Source: Candidatus Poribacteria bacterium (GTDB taxonomy: Bacteria > Poribacteria > WGA-4E > WGA-3G). From it: 64,000 bases of DNA. Below are positions 43,918 through 53,813 of this stretch, one piece after another. A program made the position numbers and the translations under genes. How positions within the stretch are numbered: the stretch's first letter is position 1; each line of letters starts with the position of its first letter. The stretch is from NCBI GenBank assembly GCA_965205025.1, contig CBDBFU010000032.1, positions 64,001-128,000 of the forward strand. Reading direction: 5' to 3'. Below the pieces are notes generated by a model. The model was not told the origin of the DNA, did not search any database, and saw only the letters and a list, made by a program, of their open reading frames with translations.

Positions 43918-45597
43918 ATGCCTAATAAACTGAAACCCCGTAGTTATGCGATAACCGACGGACCGGACCGTGCTGCAGCACGTACGATGCTTATGTTCGG
44001 GGATGGGGGTCTGTCCCCAGAAGATCTTGATAAACCGATTGTTGGGGTCGCCAATACTTGGATCGAAATTGGTCCCTGTAATTTCCATTTAAGACGACTG
44101 GCAGCAAAAGTAAAACAGGGAATTCGTGATGCAGGTGGTACACCCCTTGAATTCAACACCGTTAGCATATCGGATGGTATTACCATGGGAACAGAAGGCA
44201 TGAAAACATCATTGATTAGCCGAGAAGTTATCGCCGATTCTATTGAATTGGTTTCTATCGGTAATATGTTTGATGCCGTTGTGACCCTTTGTGGATGTGA
44301 TAAAACCGTCCCGGGTACAGTTATGGCATTGTCCAGAATAGATATTCCATCTCTCACTCTATATGGTGGATCTATCATGCCGGGAAATTTCCAAGGACGC
44401 GATGTTACAATCCAAGATGTGTTTGAAGCAGTTGGACAACATGCCGAAGGTACAATCACTGTTGAAGAATTGGACGATCTGATTAGTAAAGGATGTCCAG
44501 GCCCCGGGGCATGTGGTGGTCAGTTCACTGCGAATACCATGGCAACTGCTGTTGAAATGTTAGGTATTGCTCCTATGGGTAGCGGTAGTGTTCCTGCTGT
44601 TGCAGAAGAGAAGGATGAAGAAGCATACAAGACGGGTAAGCTTGTTATGGATATGTTGGCTGCCGATAGACGACCCAGTCAGATTATTACACGCAAGTCT
44701 ATTGAAAATGCAATCACTTCTGTTGCTGCAACGGGTGGATCTACCAATGGAATTCTTCATCTCCTCGCCATTGCTTATGAGGCACAAATCCCGTTGACAA
44801 TTGAAGACTTTGATGTGATTAGCAAGAGGACTCCTGTATTGGCAGATTTGAAACCAGGTGGTCAGTTTGTTGCAACTGATTTGTATGAAGCAGGTGGTAT
44901 TCAATTTTTAGCCAAACGTTTAGCAGAAGCTGGATTGCTCCATACCGATGAACTTACTGTCACTGGTAAAACGATTGGTGAAGAGGCAAACGCAGCCGAT
45001 GAGACAGAAGGACAGGTAGTTGTTAGACCTTTAAATGAACCTTTGAAACCCACTGGAGGGTTTGCTATATTGAAGGGTAATTTAGCACCGGATGGATGTG
45101 TCATCAAATTAGCCGGTCAAGAGAAAACTTTACATCGTGGTCCTGCGCGTATTTTTGAACGAGAAGAGGATACATTCGCAGCGATTAAAGGGGGTGAAAT
45201 CAACCCCGGAGATGTTGTGGTTATCCGTTATGAAGGCCCAAATGGTGGTCCCGGTATGCGTGAAATGTTAGGGGTTACCGCTGCCTTGGTCGGTGCAGGA
45301 TTAAGTGAAGATGTTGCACTTCTAACCGATGGTAGATTCTCAGGAGCAACTCATGGATTTATGATATGCCATGTCGCACCAGAAGCATCTATAGGGGGTC
45401 CTATAGCAATACTGGAAGAGGGAGATGAAATCGTAATTGACGCTGAAACGAGACGGCTTGATGTATCACTTTCTGAAGATGAAATCAAGACACGTTTTGA
45501 GAAGTGGACGCCTCCTGAACCCCGCTATACCCGTGGTGTGATGGCAAAATATGCAAAGTCTGTTTCTTCTGCCTCTGAAGGTGCTGTGACAGGATAG
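43918..45597 (+). CDS. ilvD: Dihydroxy-acid dehydratase
   Basis: [40 protein letters not shown] and TDGRFSG. Confidence 0.97.
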   Translation: MPNKLKPRSYAITDGPDRAAARTMLMFGDGGLSPEDLDKPIVGVANTWIEIGPCNFHLRRLAAKVKQGIRDAGGTPLEFNTVSISDGITMGTEGMKTSLISREVIADSIELVSIGNMFDAVVTLCGCDKTVPGTVMALSRIDIPSLTLYGGSIMPGNFQGRDVTIQDVFEAVGQHAEGTITVEELDDLISKGCPGPGACGGQFTANTMATAVEMLGIAPMGSGSVPAVAEEKDEEAYKTGKLVMDMLAADRRPSQIITRKSIENAITSVAATGGSTNGILHLLAIAYEAQIPLTIEDFDVISKRTPVLADLKPGGQFVATDLYEAGGIQFLAKRLAEAGLLHTDELTVTGKTIGEEANAADETEGQVVVRPLNEPLKPTGGFAILKGNLAPDGCVIKLAGQEKTLHRGPARIFEREEDTFAAIKGGEINPGDVVVIRYEGPNGGPGMREMLGVTAALVGAGLSEDVALLTDGRFSGATHGFMICHVAPEASIGGPIAILEEGDEIVIDAETRRLDVSLSEDEIKTRFEKWTPPEPRYTRGVMAKYAKSVSSASEGAVTG

Positions 45598-45629
45598 ACC
45601 TATCGTTTACTAACAAGATTCTCTTATAT

Positions 45630-45658
45630 GGGACAGATGGTTCATCTGTCCCTTATTT
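45630..45658 (+). terminator. Putative intrinsic terminator
   Basis: GGGACAGATG-GTT-CATCTGTCCC followed by TTATTT, after ilvD. Confidence 0.7.
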
Positions 45659-45907
45659 CGTTAATCCTTAAACAGAAAAACCTTGTCAGATTAATTTGAA
45701 TTATGTAGAATATACTTAGTCGTGATAGAGAATTTTGTCATATTTGAAATGTCTAAGCAATATACATACTTCTGGATTTTAGAAAGTTATACTGTTTTCA
45801 ATTGAAATATCTACATTACGATTTTTCATCTAAATAGACTAATTAGTTGTAAAATTAGAGTGCTGTAAAAACGGTATGTATATAGAATATACGTCTTAAC
45901 ATATTCT

Positions 45908-46070
45908 GAGTCCCGTAGGGACGGAATGTCTATAGAAAAACTATGAAAACCTAAACTGAGTCCCGGGGAATGCCTAAATGGCATTCATACCGTTGATTTG
46001 GTAGGGACGGAATGTTTATAGAAATAACTATTTCCTAATGCCAATAATGTAAACTAATCAATTAGAGTTG
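45908..46070 (+). repeat. Two GAGTCCCGTAGGGACGGAATGT units, the second interrupted by the 35-bp module
   Basis: Empty unit at 45908 and filled unit at 45958-46020, side by side. Confidence 0.88.
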
Positions 46071-46132
46071 GAAATAATAACTTATGAAGTATATAGATAT
46101 AACGTGTATATGTAAATATCTGCTGTATTAGA

Positions 46133-47236
46133 ATGGAGATACTCATGGATTTGAATAAAGAACTTAATGACCTATCTGAAAGAATTCAAGGATATATAGA
46201 CAATAATCAGGTAAAAGGAGAACAAGCAACGATAAATTATTTGATTAAACCTTTTTTACGTCTTTTAGGATTTGACGATTCTAACCCAGCGGAAGTTGTA
46301 CCAGAATTTACAGCTGATATTGGAACAAAAAAGGGTGAAAAGGTTGATCTTGCAATTTATAAAGAAAGTAAAGTTATTATGTTGATAGAGTGTAAAGATT
46401 GTAATACAGAATTATCCCAAGAAGAATTTTCTCAACTTTATCGTTACTTTGGAGTTGTAACAGAAGCACGAATTGGAGTCTTGACCAATGGTATACAATA
46501 TAGGTTTTATACAGACTTAATAAGACTGAATGTGATGGATACAGATCCATTTTTCGAGTTTAATATATTGGATATGCATCCATCAGTAGTAAATGTCCTT
46601 AATTATCTTACCAAAGATAAATTTGATTTGGATATTACTCGTTCTACTGCAATAGACTTAAAGGAACGAAGAGATATAAAGCAAATTCTGATGAAACAAT
46701 TAGAGACACCTACAAATGATATTGTTGAGTTCTTTCATAAAGCCATAAACTCACAGGTTGAAAAACAAGATTTTACAGACATTGTTAAACGGGCGTTTAA
46801 TGAGTTTATGGATGAACAAAATACGTTACAGTCAAATGTGATTTATGAAGAGATACGGTCTAATGATAATGATGGAGATAAGGTGTCTAATGGAGTAGAT
46901 GAAGAAACTGGCAATAAAGATACGGGTATTCGAAGATTAACGAACATAAGAGTTACTATGCCTGATGGGAGTGTGATATACCATCATAACGCCAAGGAAA
47001 CATATCTTGAAGTTCTGGAAAAATTAGGATTGGAAAAAGTAAGTCGTGTTCGTCCTAATATTGTATCAACTGAGCAATTTTCATATTCAGACAAATGTGA
47101 AAAACGAGGCGAGTTTTGGGTGAGAGGTCTAGAATTTAATACGTATGATAGAATCGTGGAACTCAAAAGGATTTCTAATCAGCTCAATGTATCATTAAAA
47201 ATAGAACAAGTTGAGAAAAATTCAAAATCCGATTGA
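46133..47236 (+). CDS. HsdR N-terminal (PD-(D/E)xK) nuclease-domain protein
   Basis: EVVPEFTADIGTKKGEKVDLAI...LIECK...QLYRYF...GVLTNGIQYRFY. No helicase domain. Confidence 0.85.
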   Translation: MEILMDLNKELNDLSERIQGYIDNNQVKGEQATINYLIKPFLRLLGFDDSNPAEVVPEFTADIGTKKGEKVDLAIYKESKVIMLIECKDCNTELSQEEFSQLYRYFGVVTEARIGVLTNGIQYRFYTDLIRLNVMDTDPFFEFNILDMHPSVVNVLNYLTKDKFDLDITRSTAIDLKERRDIKQILMKQLETPTNDIVEFFHKAINSQVEKQDFTDIVKRAFNEFMDEQNTLQSNVIYEEIRSNDNDGDKVSNGVDEETGNKDTGIRRLTNIRVTMPDGSVIYHHNAKETYLEVLEKLGLEKVSRVRPNIVSTEQFSYSDKCEKRGEFWVRGLEFNTYDRIVELKRISNQLNVSLKIEQVEKNSKSD

Positions 47237-47273
47237 TTTATTGAAATCTACTTAAGTGAATTAGTGATGAAAA

Positions 47274-47600
47274 GTGATTAGAATAGAGAAAGGTAGTAGT
47301 AACATATACAGTGATTTGGGATACACAAATCCTGATGAAATGCAGACTAAGGCACATCTCGTTTTCAGAATTGAAGACAGTATAACTGAACGGAAACTTA
47401 GCTTAGACGAAGCATCTCAAATTATGAATATTACTGAATCTGAGCTATCAGATATTTTAGACGGTCTGTTTCGTAATTTATCTCTCAAACAGTTAGAATT
47501 ATTATTTGCTAAACTGGAACATGGTATTGAGAATATCCATCAGAATAAACCATCCAAATCAACGACTCAAGAACGACGTATAACTTCATCAGCAAATTAA
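47274..47600 (+). CDS. XRE-family HTH protein (HTH_37, antitoxin-like)
   Basis: GSSNIYSDLG...TKAHL...LSLDEASQIM...SDILDG. Confidence 0.75.
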   Translation: MIRIEKGSSNIYSDLGYTNPDEMQTKAHLVFRIEDSITERKLSLDEASQIMNITESELSDILDGLFRNLSLKQLELLFAKLEHGIENIHQNKPSKSTTQERRITSSAN

Positions 47601-47649
47601 TTCTAAATCTATATTCCTGTTCAAATAATCTCATAAATTATCCATCAAA

Positions 47650-48630
47650 ATGGAAACCAAATCCTATTCCTTTCACATCAACCCAGAACAGAATGGAGAA
47701 CGACTGGATAGGTTTCTAATCAAACAGACTGATGACATATCGCGAACCTATCTACAGAAACTGATCCGTGATGGTGCTGTCACCGTTAATGATAAGATTT
47801 CAAAACAACCAAGTTATACACTTCGTTCTGGTGATCAAGTTTGTCTAACACTTCCTGATTCCCAACCTTTAGAAACCTTACAACCTGAAGATATACCCCT
47901 TGACATTCTATATGAAGATAGTCATCTGATTGTTCTAAACAAATCAGCAGGAATGCTTGTTCATCCTGCAAGTGGTGTGAATTCTGGTACGCTTGTAAAT
48001 GCATTGCTTTCACACTGTACCGATTTGTCTGGTATTGGTGGTGTGGAAAGACCGGGGATCGTCCATAGATTAGACAAAGATACATCAGGGATTCTTGTTG
48101 TTGCCAAGTCGGATGTTGTGCATCGCAACTTATCTAAGCAGTTTGAAGAACATACGATTACCCGTCAATATGTTGCAATCGTCTGTGGTATACCAGAGGA
48201 AATAACAGGCACAATTGATGCTCAAATAGCAAGAAGTCGACGTGACAGAAGAAGAATGACAACGGTCAAATCTGATGGACGAGATGCAATTACACATTAT
48301 CAGGTTTTGGAGATATATAGCAGATTTGCCTTGGTTCAATTGACTTTAGAAACAGGTCGACTACATCAAATACGAGTACATCTTCAACACATTGGACACC
48401 CTGTTGCTGCGGATCCAATTTATGGTGGTGAGCAACGTGCCTTAGGTGATGCTGAAACAAATCCGCTGAAGCATGCGCTATTATCCCTTAAACGACAAGC
48501 ACTACACGCACGCACACTCAAATTTGAGCATCCTGTCACCCAAGAACAGATGCATTTTTCAGCACCTAAACCTGCAGATCTTTACAGACTTGTAAATGAA
48601 TTGCGCAGGTCTATTCGGTCATATTCCTAA
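47650..48630 (+). CDS. rluD: RluA-family 23S rRNA pseudouridine synthase (RluD-like)
   Basis: S4 domain, RPGIVHRLDKDTSG and TGRLHQIRVH. Confidence 0.9.
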   Translation: METKSYSFHINPEQNGERLDRFLIKQTDDISRTYLQKLIRDGAVTVNDKISKQPSYTLRSGDQVCLTLPDSQPLETLQPEDIPLDILYEDSHLIVLNKSAGMLVHPASGVNSGTLVNALLSHCTDLSGIGGVERPGIVHRLDKDTSGILVVAKSDVVHRNLSKQFEEHTITRQYVAIVCGIPEEITGTIDAQIARSRRDRRRMTTVKSDGRDAITHYQVLEIYSRFALVQLTLETGRLHQIRVHLQHIGHPVAADPIYGGEQRALGDAETNPLKHALLSLKRQALHARTLKFEHPVTQEQMHFSAPKPADLYRLVNELRRSIRSYS

Positions 48631-48718
48631 CAAATTAGAAGCATCATCTAAAACTGTAGGAAAACAATCGGATATTATGATATTATGTAACCATCAACAG
48701 ATGTGATAGGAGAAGGAT

Positions 48719-49705
48719 ATGGAATATGTCAATTTTGGTAAAGCGGGTGTAAAGGTGAGTCCGCTTGCTTTAGGGTTAGGATTTCGTGGACAAGGTGATG
48801 AAAACGATGCACAACGTTTGATTGAACATGCTATTGATTCAGGTATTAATCTTATTGATTGTGCTAATATATACGGTCCAATGGATGACCGTGCCAATAT
48901 TGGACGTTCCGAGGTTATTCTTGGGAAAGCGATTAAGGGTAAACGGGATGATGTGGTGATAACATCTAAAGTATGTAGCCACATTGGTCAAGGTCCGAAC
49001 GATTATGGGTTATCTCGATACCATATCATGCGGGAGATTGATCGATCCTTGAAACGTTTGGACACCGATCATATTGATGTTTATCTAATACATGTTACGG
49101 ATGATACTACTCCGCAGGAAGAGACAATTCGTGCATTAGACGATCTGGTTCGTTCTGGTAAAGTGCGATATCTTGGGTGTTGTAACCATCAGGCATGGGA
49201 GGTATGCAAAGCACTTTGGATTGCAGATAGCATTAACGCTACACCTTATATGTGCGTTCAGAATATGTATAACCTGCTGAATCGTGATTTAGAAACAGAG
49301 ATGTTCGGATTAGTTCGAGAAGAAGGACTTGGGGTGATGTGTTATAGTCCACTATCTGTGGGTTTATTGAGTGGTGTCTATTCTCCAGATGAATCACCAC
49401 CTGAAGGAACGCTTTGGGCAACACGATACAGAGAGGAATTTAACCGACGCATGAGTGGTGCTACGGGGAAGGTAATCAGCACACTTAAACGTCTTGCGGA
49501 TGAGATTGGAAAAACTCCTGCGCAACTCGCTGTGGCATGGGTAATTTCACATCCAGAAGTGTCTGTCGCTATAAGCGGAAGTGATACTATAGAACAGTTA
49601 GATGACACCCTCGGCGGGGTTGGCTGGGAATTGGATGCTGAGATACGTGAAGCATTGGATGAAGTGTCACGATCGTTTGTTAGGTTAACCGCTCCACCAT
49701 TTTAA
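48719..49705 (+). CDS. Aldo/keto reductase
   Basis: IDCANIYG, SLKRLDTDHIDVYLIH, GKVRYLG and YSPL. Confidence 0.92.
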   Translation: MEYVNFGKAGVKVSPLALGLGFRGQGDENDAQRLIEHAIDSGINLIDCANIYGPMDDRANIGRSEVILGKAIKGKRDDVVITSKVCSHIGQGPNDYGLSRYHIMREIDRSLKRLDTDHIDVYLIHVTDDTTPQEETIRALDDLVRSGKVRYLGCCNHQAWEVCKALWIADSINATPYMCVQNMYNLLNRDLETEMFGLVREEGLGVMCYSPLSVGLLSGVYSPDESPPEGTLWATRYREEFNRRMSGATGKVISTLKRLADEIGKTPAQLAVAWVISHPEVSVAISGSDTIEQLDDTLGGVGWELDAEIREALDEVSRSFVRLTAPPF

Positions 49706-49726
49706 TTAAGCTATGATAATATCTAA

Positions 49727-49848
49727 CAGGACTTACGCATTTCATCTTAAAGTCCCCCTGATAAGGGGGATTTAGGGGGTTAAAACAATGAAATGACGGC
49801 TTTTTAAGTCAAATTTTACCTATTTCTACTTAAGTTGCGTAAGTCCTG
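49727..49848. mobile_element. 122-bp MITE with 13-bp TIR CAGGACTTACGCA and 5-bp TSD TCTAA
   Basis: Perfect TIRs. TCTAA at 49722-49726 and 49849-49853. Carries AGTCCCCCTGATAAGGGGGATTTAGGGGGT, also found at ~3357. Confidence 0.88.
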
Positions 49849-49849
49849 T

Positions 49850-51724
49850 CTAATTTGATTCCTCAGCTGCGAGTTCCCATATTAATACGGTTCCGTCTGA
49901 ACTTCCACTTACAAGGGTTTTTCCATCAGGACTAAACACTACACTGTTTACACCTCCTGTATGTCCAGTTAATCTTAAGAGGAATGTGTTTGACCTTATA
50001 TCCCACAGACATATTGTATCATCCCAACTTCCACTTGCGAGAGTTCTTCCATCAGGACTAAAAGATACACACAAGACGTTATCTGAATGTAGAGGCAGCA
50101 TCTGAAGAGATTTACCTGTCTCTACATCCCACAGATGCACAGTATCATCCCATCCACCACTGGCAAGGATTTTACCATCTGGACTGAACGCAACGCTACT
50201 TACTCTATCTGTATGCTTAGTCAATATATGTTTCGTATCACCTGTCTGAGAATCCCATAATCGTATTGTATTATCCCAACTTGCACTTGCCAGAATCTCC
50301 CCGTCCGGACTAAAATCAAGATCTGAAATATTTTCCTGATGTCCCATAAAAGAATTGAGGTTATCTCCGGTCTGTATACTCCATAAATGGATGACTTTAT
50401 CTTCACTTGATCCTGCAAGAATTGTTCCTTCAGGATTAAATGTAAGAGTATTAAACCCATCCGTAGGAACTGTGATCGTATGTATAGATGTTCCTGTCTT
50501 GATATCTCGCACAAGTACGGTCTCGTCATCATGGCTGGCACTTGCGATTGTTTTACCATCTGGACTAAATACTATACTGGCGACAAACCAGGTATGTCCA
50601 GGTAATTCCTGTAGAAGTGTGCCTGTTAGTCTATCCCACAATAACACATATCCTCTTTTACTGCTATCAGTTGCTATTATCTCACCATTCGGACTCAACG
50701 TAATATCACCGCCTATACCCCTTGATCCATTAAAATCCAAAATGTGTTTTCTGGACTTAGTATCCCATAGACATACTGTTTCCCCACCACTTCCAGTTGC
50801 GAATGTTTTACCATCAGGACTAAAGGCAATACTTTTAAAATCATCCGTATGTCCTTTGATAATTCGTAGAGATTCCCCGGTTTCCACATCCCAAAAACAA
50901 ATTCTCTTATCCCAGACTCCTATACTGACGAGAGTATTTCCATCTGGACTGAATACGACATCAATCACTCCACCGGCTGTATGTCCTTTGAGGATATGTA
51001 TGGATTCACCTGTTTCAATATCCCACAATCGTACTGTTCTATCCCAGCTTGTAGTTGCTATTGTTTTTCCTCTTGGACTGAATGCTACCGCTATAAGGTT
51101 TTTCTGATGTCCGATGAATGTATTAAGATGTTTACCTGTTTCGACATTCCAAATACGTGCAGTTTGATCAAAACTTGCGGTTACAAGAGTTTCTCCATCA
51201 GGACTAAACGCTACATCCCCTATTTTATTCGTATGTCCATAGAGCGCCCGTAACGATACACCTTTTCGAACATCCCATATACGTGCAGAATTATCGACAC
51301 TCCCACTTGCTAATAAATCACCATTCGGACTGAATACCACACTGAGGATACTGTTAGTATGTCCTGTCATCGTACCAAGTAGTGTTCCTGTTCTCACATC
51401 CCATAGTCGAATGATCTTATCTTTACTTCCAGTTGCCAACGTTAATCCGTTCGGACTAAATGCCACGCTATTAACCTCAGAAATATGTGGCATAAACAGA
51501 TTGAGTTTTTCACCAGTGTTTGCATCGTGTATCCAAACACCTATTGTAGTCGCAACTGCTAATAGTTTTCCATTAGGGGAGTAAGTTATTTGTCTGAGTG
51601 GTCCTTTACCCAAACGTAATATCGCACCATCGGGTAAACCCCATTTTCTGTAGTCGTCGGCAATAGTGTTTGTAGCTAATACAACTATCAATATCAAATA
51701 TAAGAATACCAGTATTTTCTTCAA
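49850..51724 (-). CDS. Secreted WD40-repeat protein (array gene 1)
   Basis: TTG start at 51724 after AGGAG, signal peptide, WGLPDGAILRLGKG and ~14 WD40 repeats. Confidence 0.92.
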   Translation of the reverse strand: MKKILVFLYLILIVVLATNTIADDYRKWGLPDGAILRLGKGPLRQITYSPNGKLLAVATTIGVWIHDANTGEKLNLFMPHISEVNSVAFSPNGLTLATGSKDKIIRLWDVRTGTLLGTMTGHTNSILSVVFSPNGDLLASGSVDNSARIWDVRKGVSLRALYGHTNKIGDVAFSPDGETLVTASFDQTARIWNVETGKHLNTFIGHQKNLIAVAFSPRGKTIATTSWDRTVRLWDIETGESIHILKGHTAGGVIDVVFSPDGNTLVSIGVWDKRICFWDVETGESLRIIKGHTDDFKSIAFSPDGKTFATGSGGETVCLWDTKSRKHILDFNGSRGIGGDITLSPNGEIIATDSSKRGYVLLWDRLTGTLLQELPGHTWFVASIVFSPDGKTIASASHDDETVLVRDIKTGTSIHTITVPTDGFNTLTFNPEGTILAGSSEDKVIHLWSIQTGDNLNSFMGHQENISDLDFSPDGEILASASWDNTIRLWDSQTGDTKHILTKHTDRVSSVAFSPDGKILASGGWDDTVHLWDVETGKSLQMLPLHSDNVLCVSFSPDGRTLASGSWDDTICLWDIRSNTFLLRLTGHTGGVNSVVFSPDGKTLVSGSSDGTVLIWELAAEESN

Positions 51725-51868
51725 TAATAAGTCTCCTATACATATAGGTTGTTGGGGATAATAAGTCAAAGGTTGTTTAGTTACACAGGAGGGGATGCAC
51801 AAATTGGTATGTGCTATCGTAAGAATTACTGGACTATATCTAAGAAATAGAGGAGGGGAATTATCAAC

Positions 51869-53713
51869 TTATTCAGATGTGAGGTCCCATAGAAGTACAG
51901 TACCATTGAAACATCCACTGGCAACTGTTCTTCCGTCTGGACTGTAAGCAATGCTATCAATACCAGCCGTATGTCCAGATAGAATACCGTGGAGTGTACC
52001 GGTTTGCGTATTCCACAATCGTACCGTAGTGTCCCTACTGCCACTTGCAAGAATATTACCATCAGGACTGAAAACGATACTTCTTACATCATTTCCATGT
52101 CCTTTTAATATGTATAATACCTTACCTGTTTTCACATCCCATAGACGTATAGTGTTGTCCTTACCTGAACTTGCTAACATATTTCCATTCGAACTAAAAG
52201 CAACACTAAAAACCCAATTCGTATGTTCGTCTAACACCTTTAGTTGTTTATGTGTTTCCACATCCCACAAACGGACAGTCATGTCTCTACTGGCACTTGC
52301 TAATGTCTTGCCATCCGGACTGAACGCAAGACTATAGACACTTCCATCATGTTCATTAAACGTAAAAAGATGTTCACTTGATTCTACATCCCACAAACAA
52401 ATAGTATTGTCCAAATCTCCACTCGCGAGCAATTTTCCATCTGGACTAAAGGCAACAGTCATGATATCATCTGTATGTCCAGCGTAGATGCTTAGAAGTT
52501 CACCTGTTTTCACATCGGACAAACGCAAAGTAGTATCTATTCCGCCACTTGCGATGGTATTTCCATCCGGACTGAAGACAGCACTATATACATACATCGT
52601 GTGTCCAAGAAACCTACGAACCAGTTTACCCGTTTGTACTTCCCACAAACGCACTGTTAAATCTCTTCCACCCGTTAATAGTGTCTTTCCATTAGGACTA
52701 AAAGCAACGGTTTTGACAGATCCCGAATGTCCTGTCAACGTTTGCTGTAAGTTCATTGTTTCCGAATCATACAAACGAATTGTACCCTTTAAACTCCAAC
52801 CGACAAATGTCTTCCCATCTGGACTAAATACCAGATACGAGCCATGTCCTTCTTTTTTTCGAATTGTTAGACCTGTTTGTAAATTCCATAGGAATAAGAC
52901 ATCGGAATAATCTGCACTATACAGAATCTTACCATTTGTACTAAACACAACACAACTTACCGAATTTATATGTCCAGTAAGTACTTTAAGATGTGTACCT
53001 GTTTTCACATCCCATAAACGAATAGTTTTATCCCATCCCCCACTTGCGATCGTTTTTCCATCAGGACTAAACGCTACTGTCAATACATTATTATCATGTT
53101 CAGTTAATGTTTGAAGTTCATCACCTGATGCTACGTTCCATAAACGAACAGTCTTGTCCCAACTCGAACTCGCAATCATCGACCCGTCAGGACTAAATGT
53201 CACCTTTGTAATCCTTTCTTTATGTCCGGTCATTGACCGAAGCAAGTCACTCGAAGGTACATCCCATAGATTGATAACATGGTCATCCCCGGTACTTGCG
53301 AGGATTTTACTATCAGGACTGAATACCATACTAAAGATTGTTCTCGTATGTTCTTTTAATGATATTAGATGTGTCCCCGTTCGCGCATCCCATAAACGGA
53401 TTGTTCTGTCATATCCACCACTTGCTAACAATGAACCATCCCTACTAAAAGTTATGATGTTTACCTCAGAATTATGCCCAGTGAGTAGATCGAGTTCTTT
53501 ACCTGTTTGTGCATCATAAATCCAAATACCTATACCACCTGCTACTGCAAGTAGTTTGCCATCTGAGGAATAAGCTATATCACCTATACTACCTTTACCC
53601 AGACGTAATTTCGCACCATCAGGTAAACCCCATTTTACGTAATCTTGGGAAAAAGTGTTTGTGATTAAAGTAAAAATTGAGAGCCAAACAGTTAAAAATA
53701 GTATCCTCTTCAA
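51869..53713 (-). CDS. Secreted WD40-repeat protein (array gene 2)
   Basis: TTG start after AAGGAG, signal peptide, WGLPDGAKLRLGKG and ~14 WD40 repeats. Confidence 0.92.
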   Translation of the reverse strand: MKRILFLTVWLSIFTLITNTFSQDYVKWGLPDGAKLRLGKGSIGDIAYSSDGKLLAVAGGIGIWIYDAQTGKELDLLTGHNSEVNIITFSRDGSLLASGGYDRTIRLWDARTGTHLISLKEHTRTIFSMVFSPDSKILASTGDDHVINLWDVPSSDLLRSMTGHKERITKVTFSPDGSMIASSSWDKTVRLWNVASGDELQTLTEHDNNVLTVAFSPDGKTIASGGWDKTIRLWDVKTGTHLKVLTGHINSVSCVVFSTNGKILYSADYSDVLFLWNLQTGLTIRKKEGHGSYLVFSPDGKTFVGWSLKGTIRLYDSETMNLQQTLTGHSGSVKTVAFSPNGKTLLTGGRDLTVRLWEVQTGKLVRRFLGHTMYVYSAVFSPDGNTIASGGIDTTLRLSDVKTGELLSIYAGHTDDIMTVAFSPDGKLLASGDLDNTICLWDVESSEHLFTFNEHDGSVYSLAFSPDGKTLASASRDMTVRLWDVETHKQLKVLDEHTNWVFSVAFSSNGNMLASSGKDNTIRLWDVKTGKVLYILKGHGNDVRSIVFSPDGNILASGSRDTTVRLWNTQTGTLHGILSGHTAGIDSIAYSPDGRTVASGCFNGTVLLWDLTSE

Positions 53714-53813
53714 TACAGAATTCTCCTTTTATTGCGAATTATATGATGAATTTAAACTAACGGTTGTACTGTTACACAGAAGTGGATGCAGGATATACAT
53801 TCTGTTAATTTGG

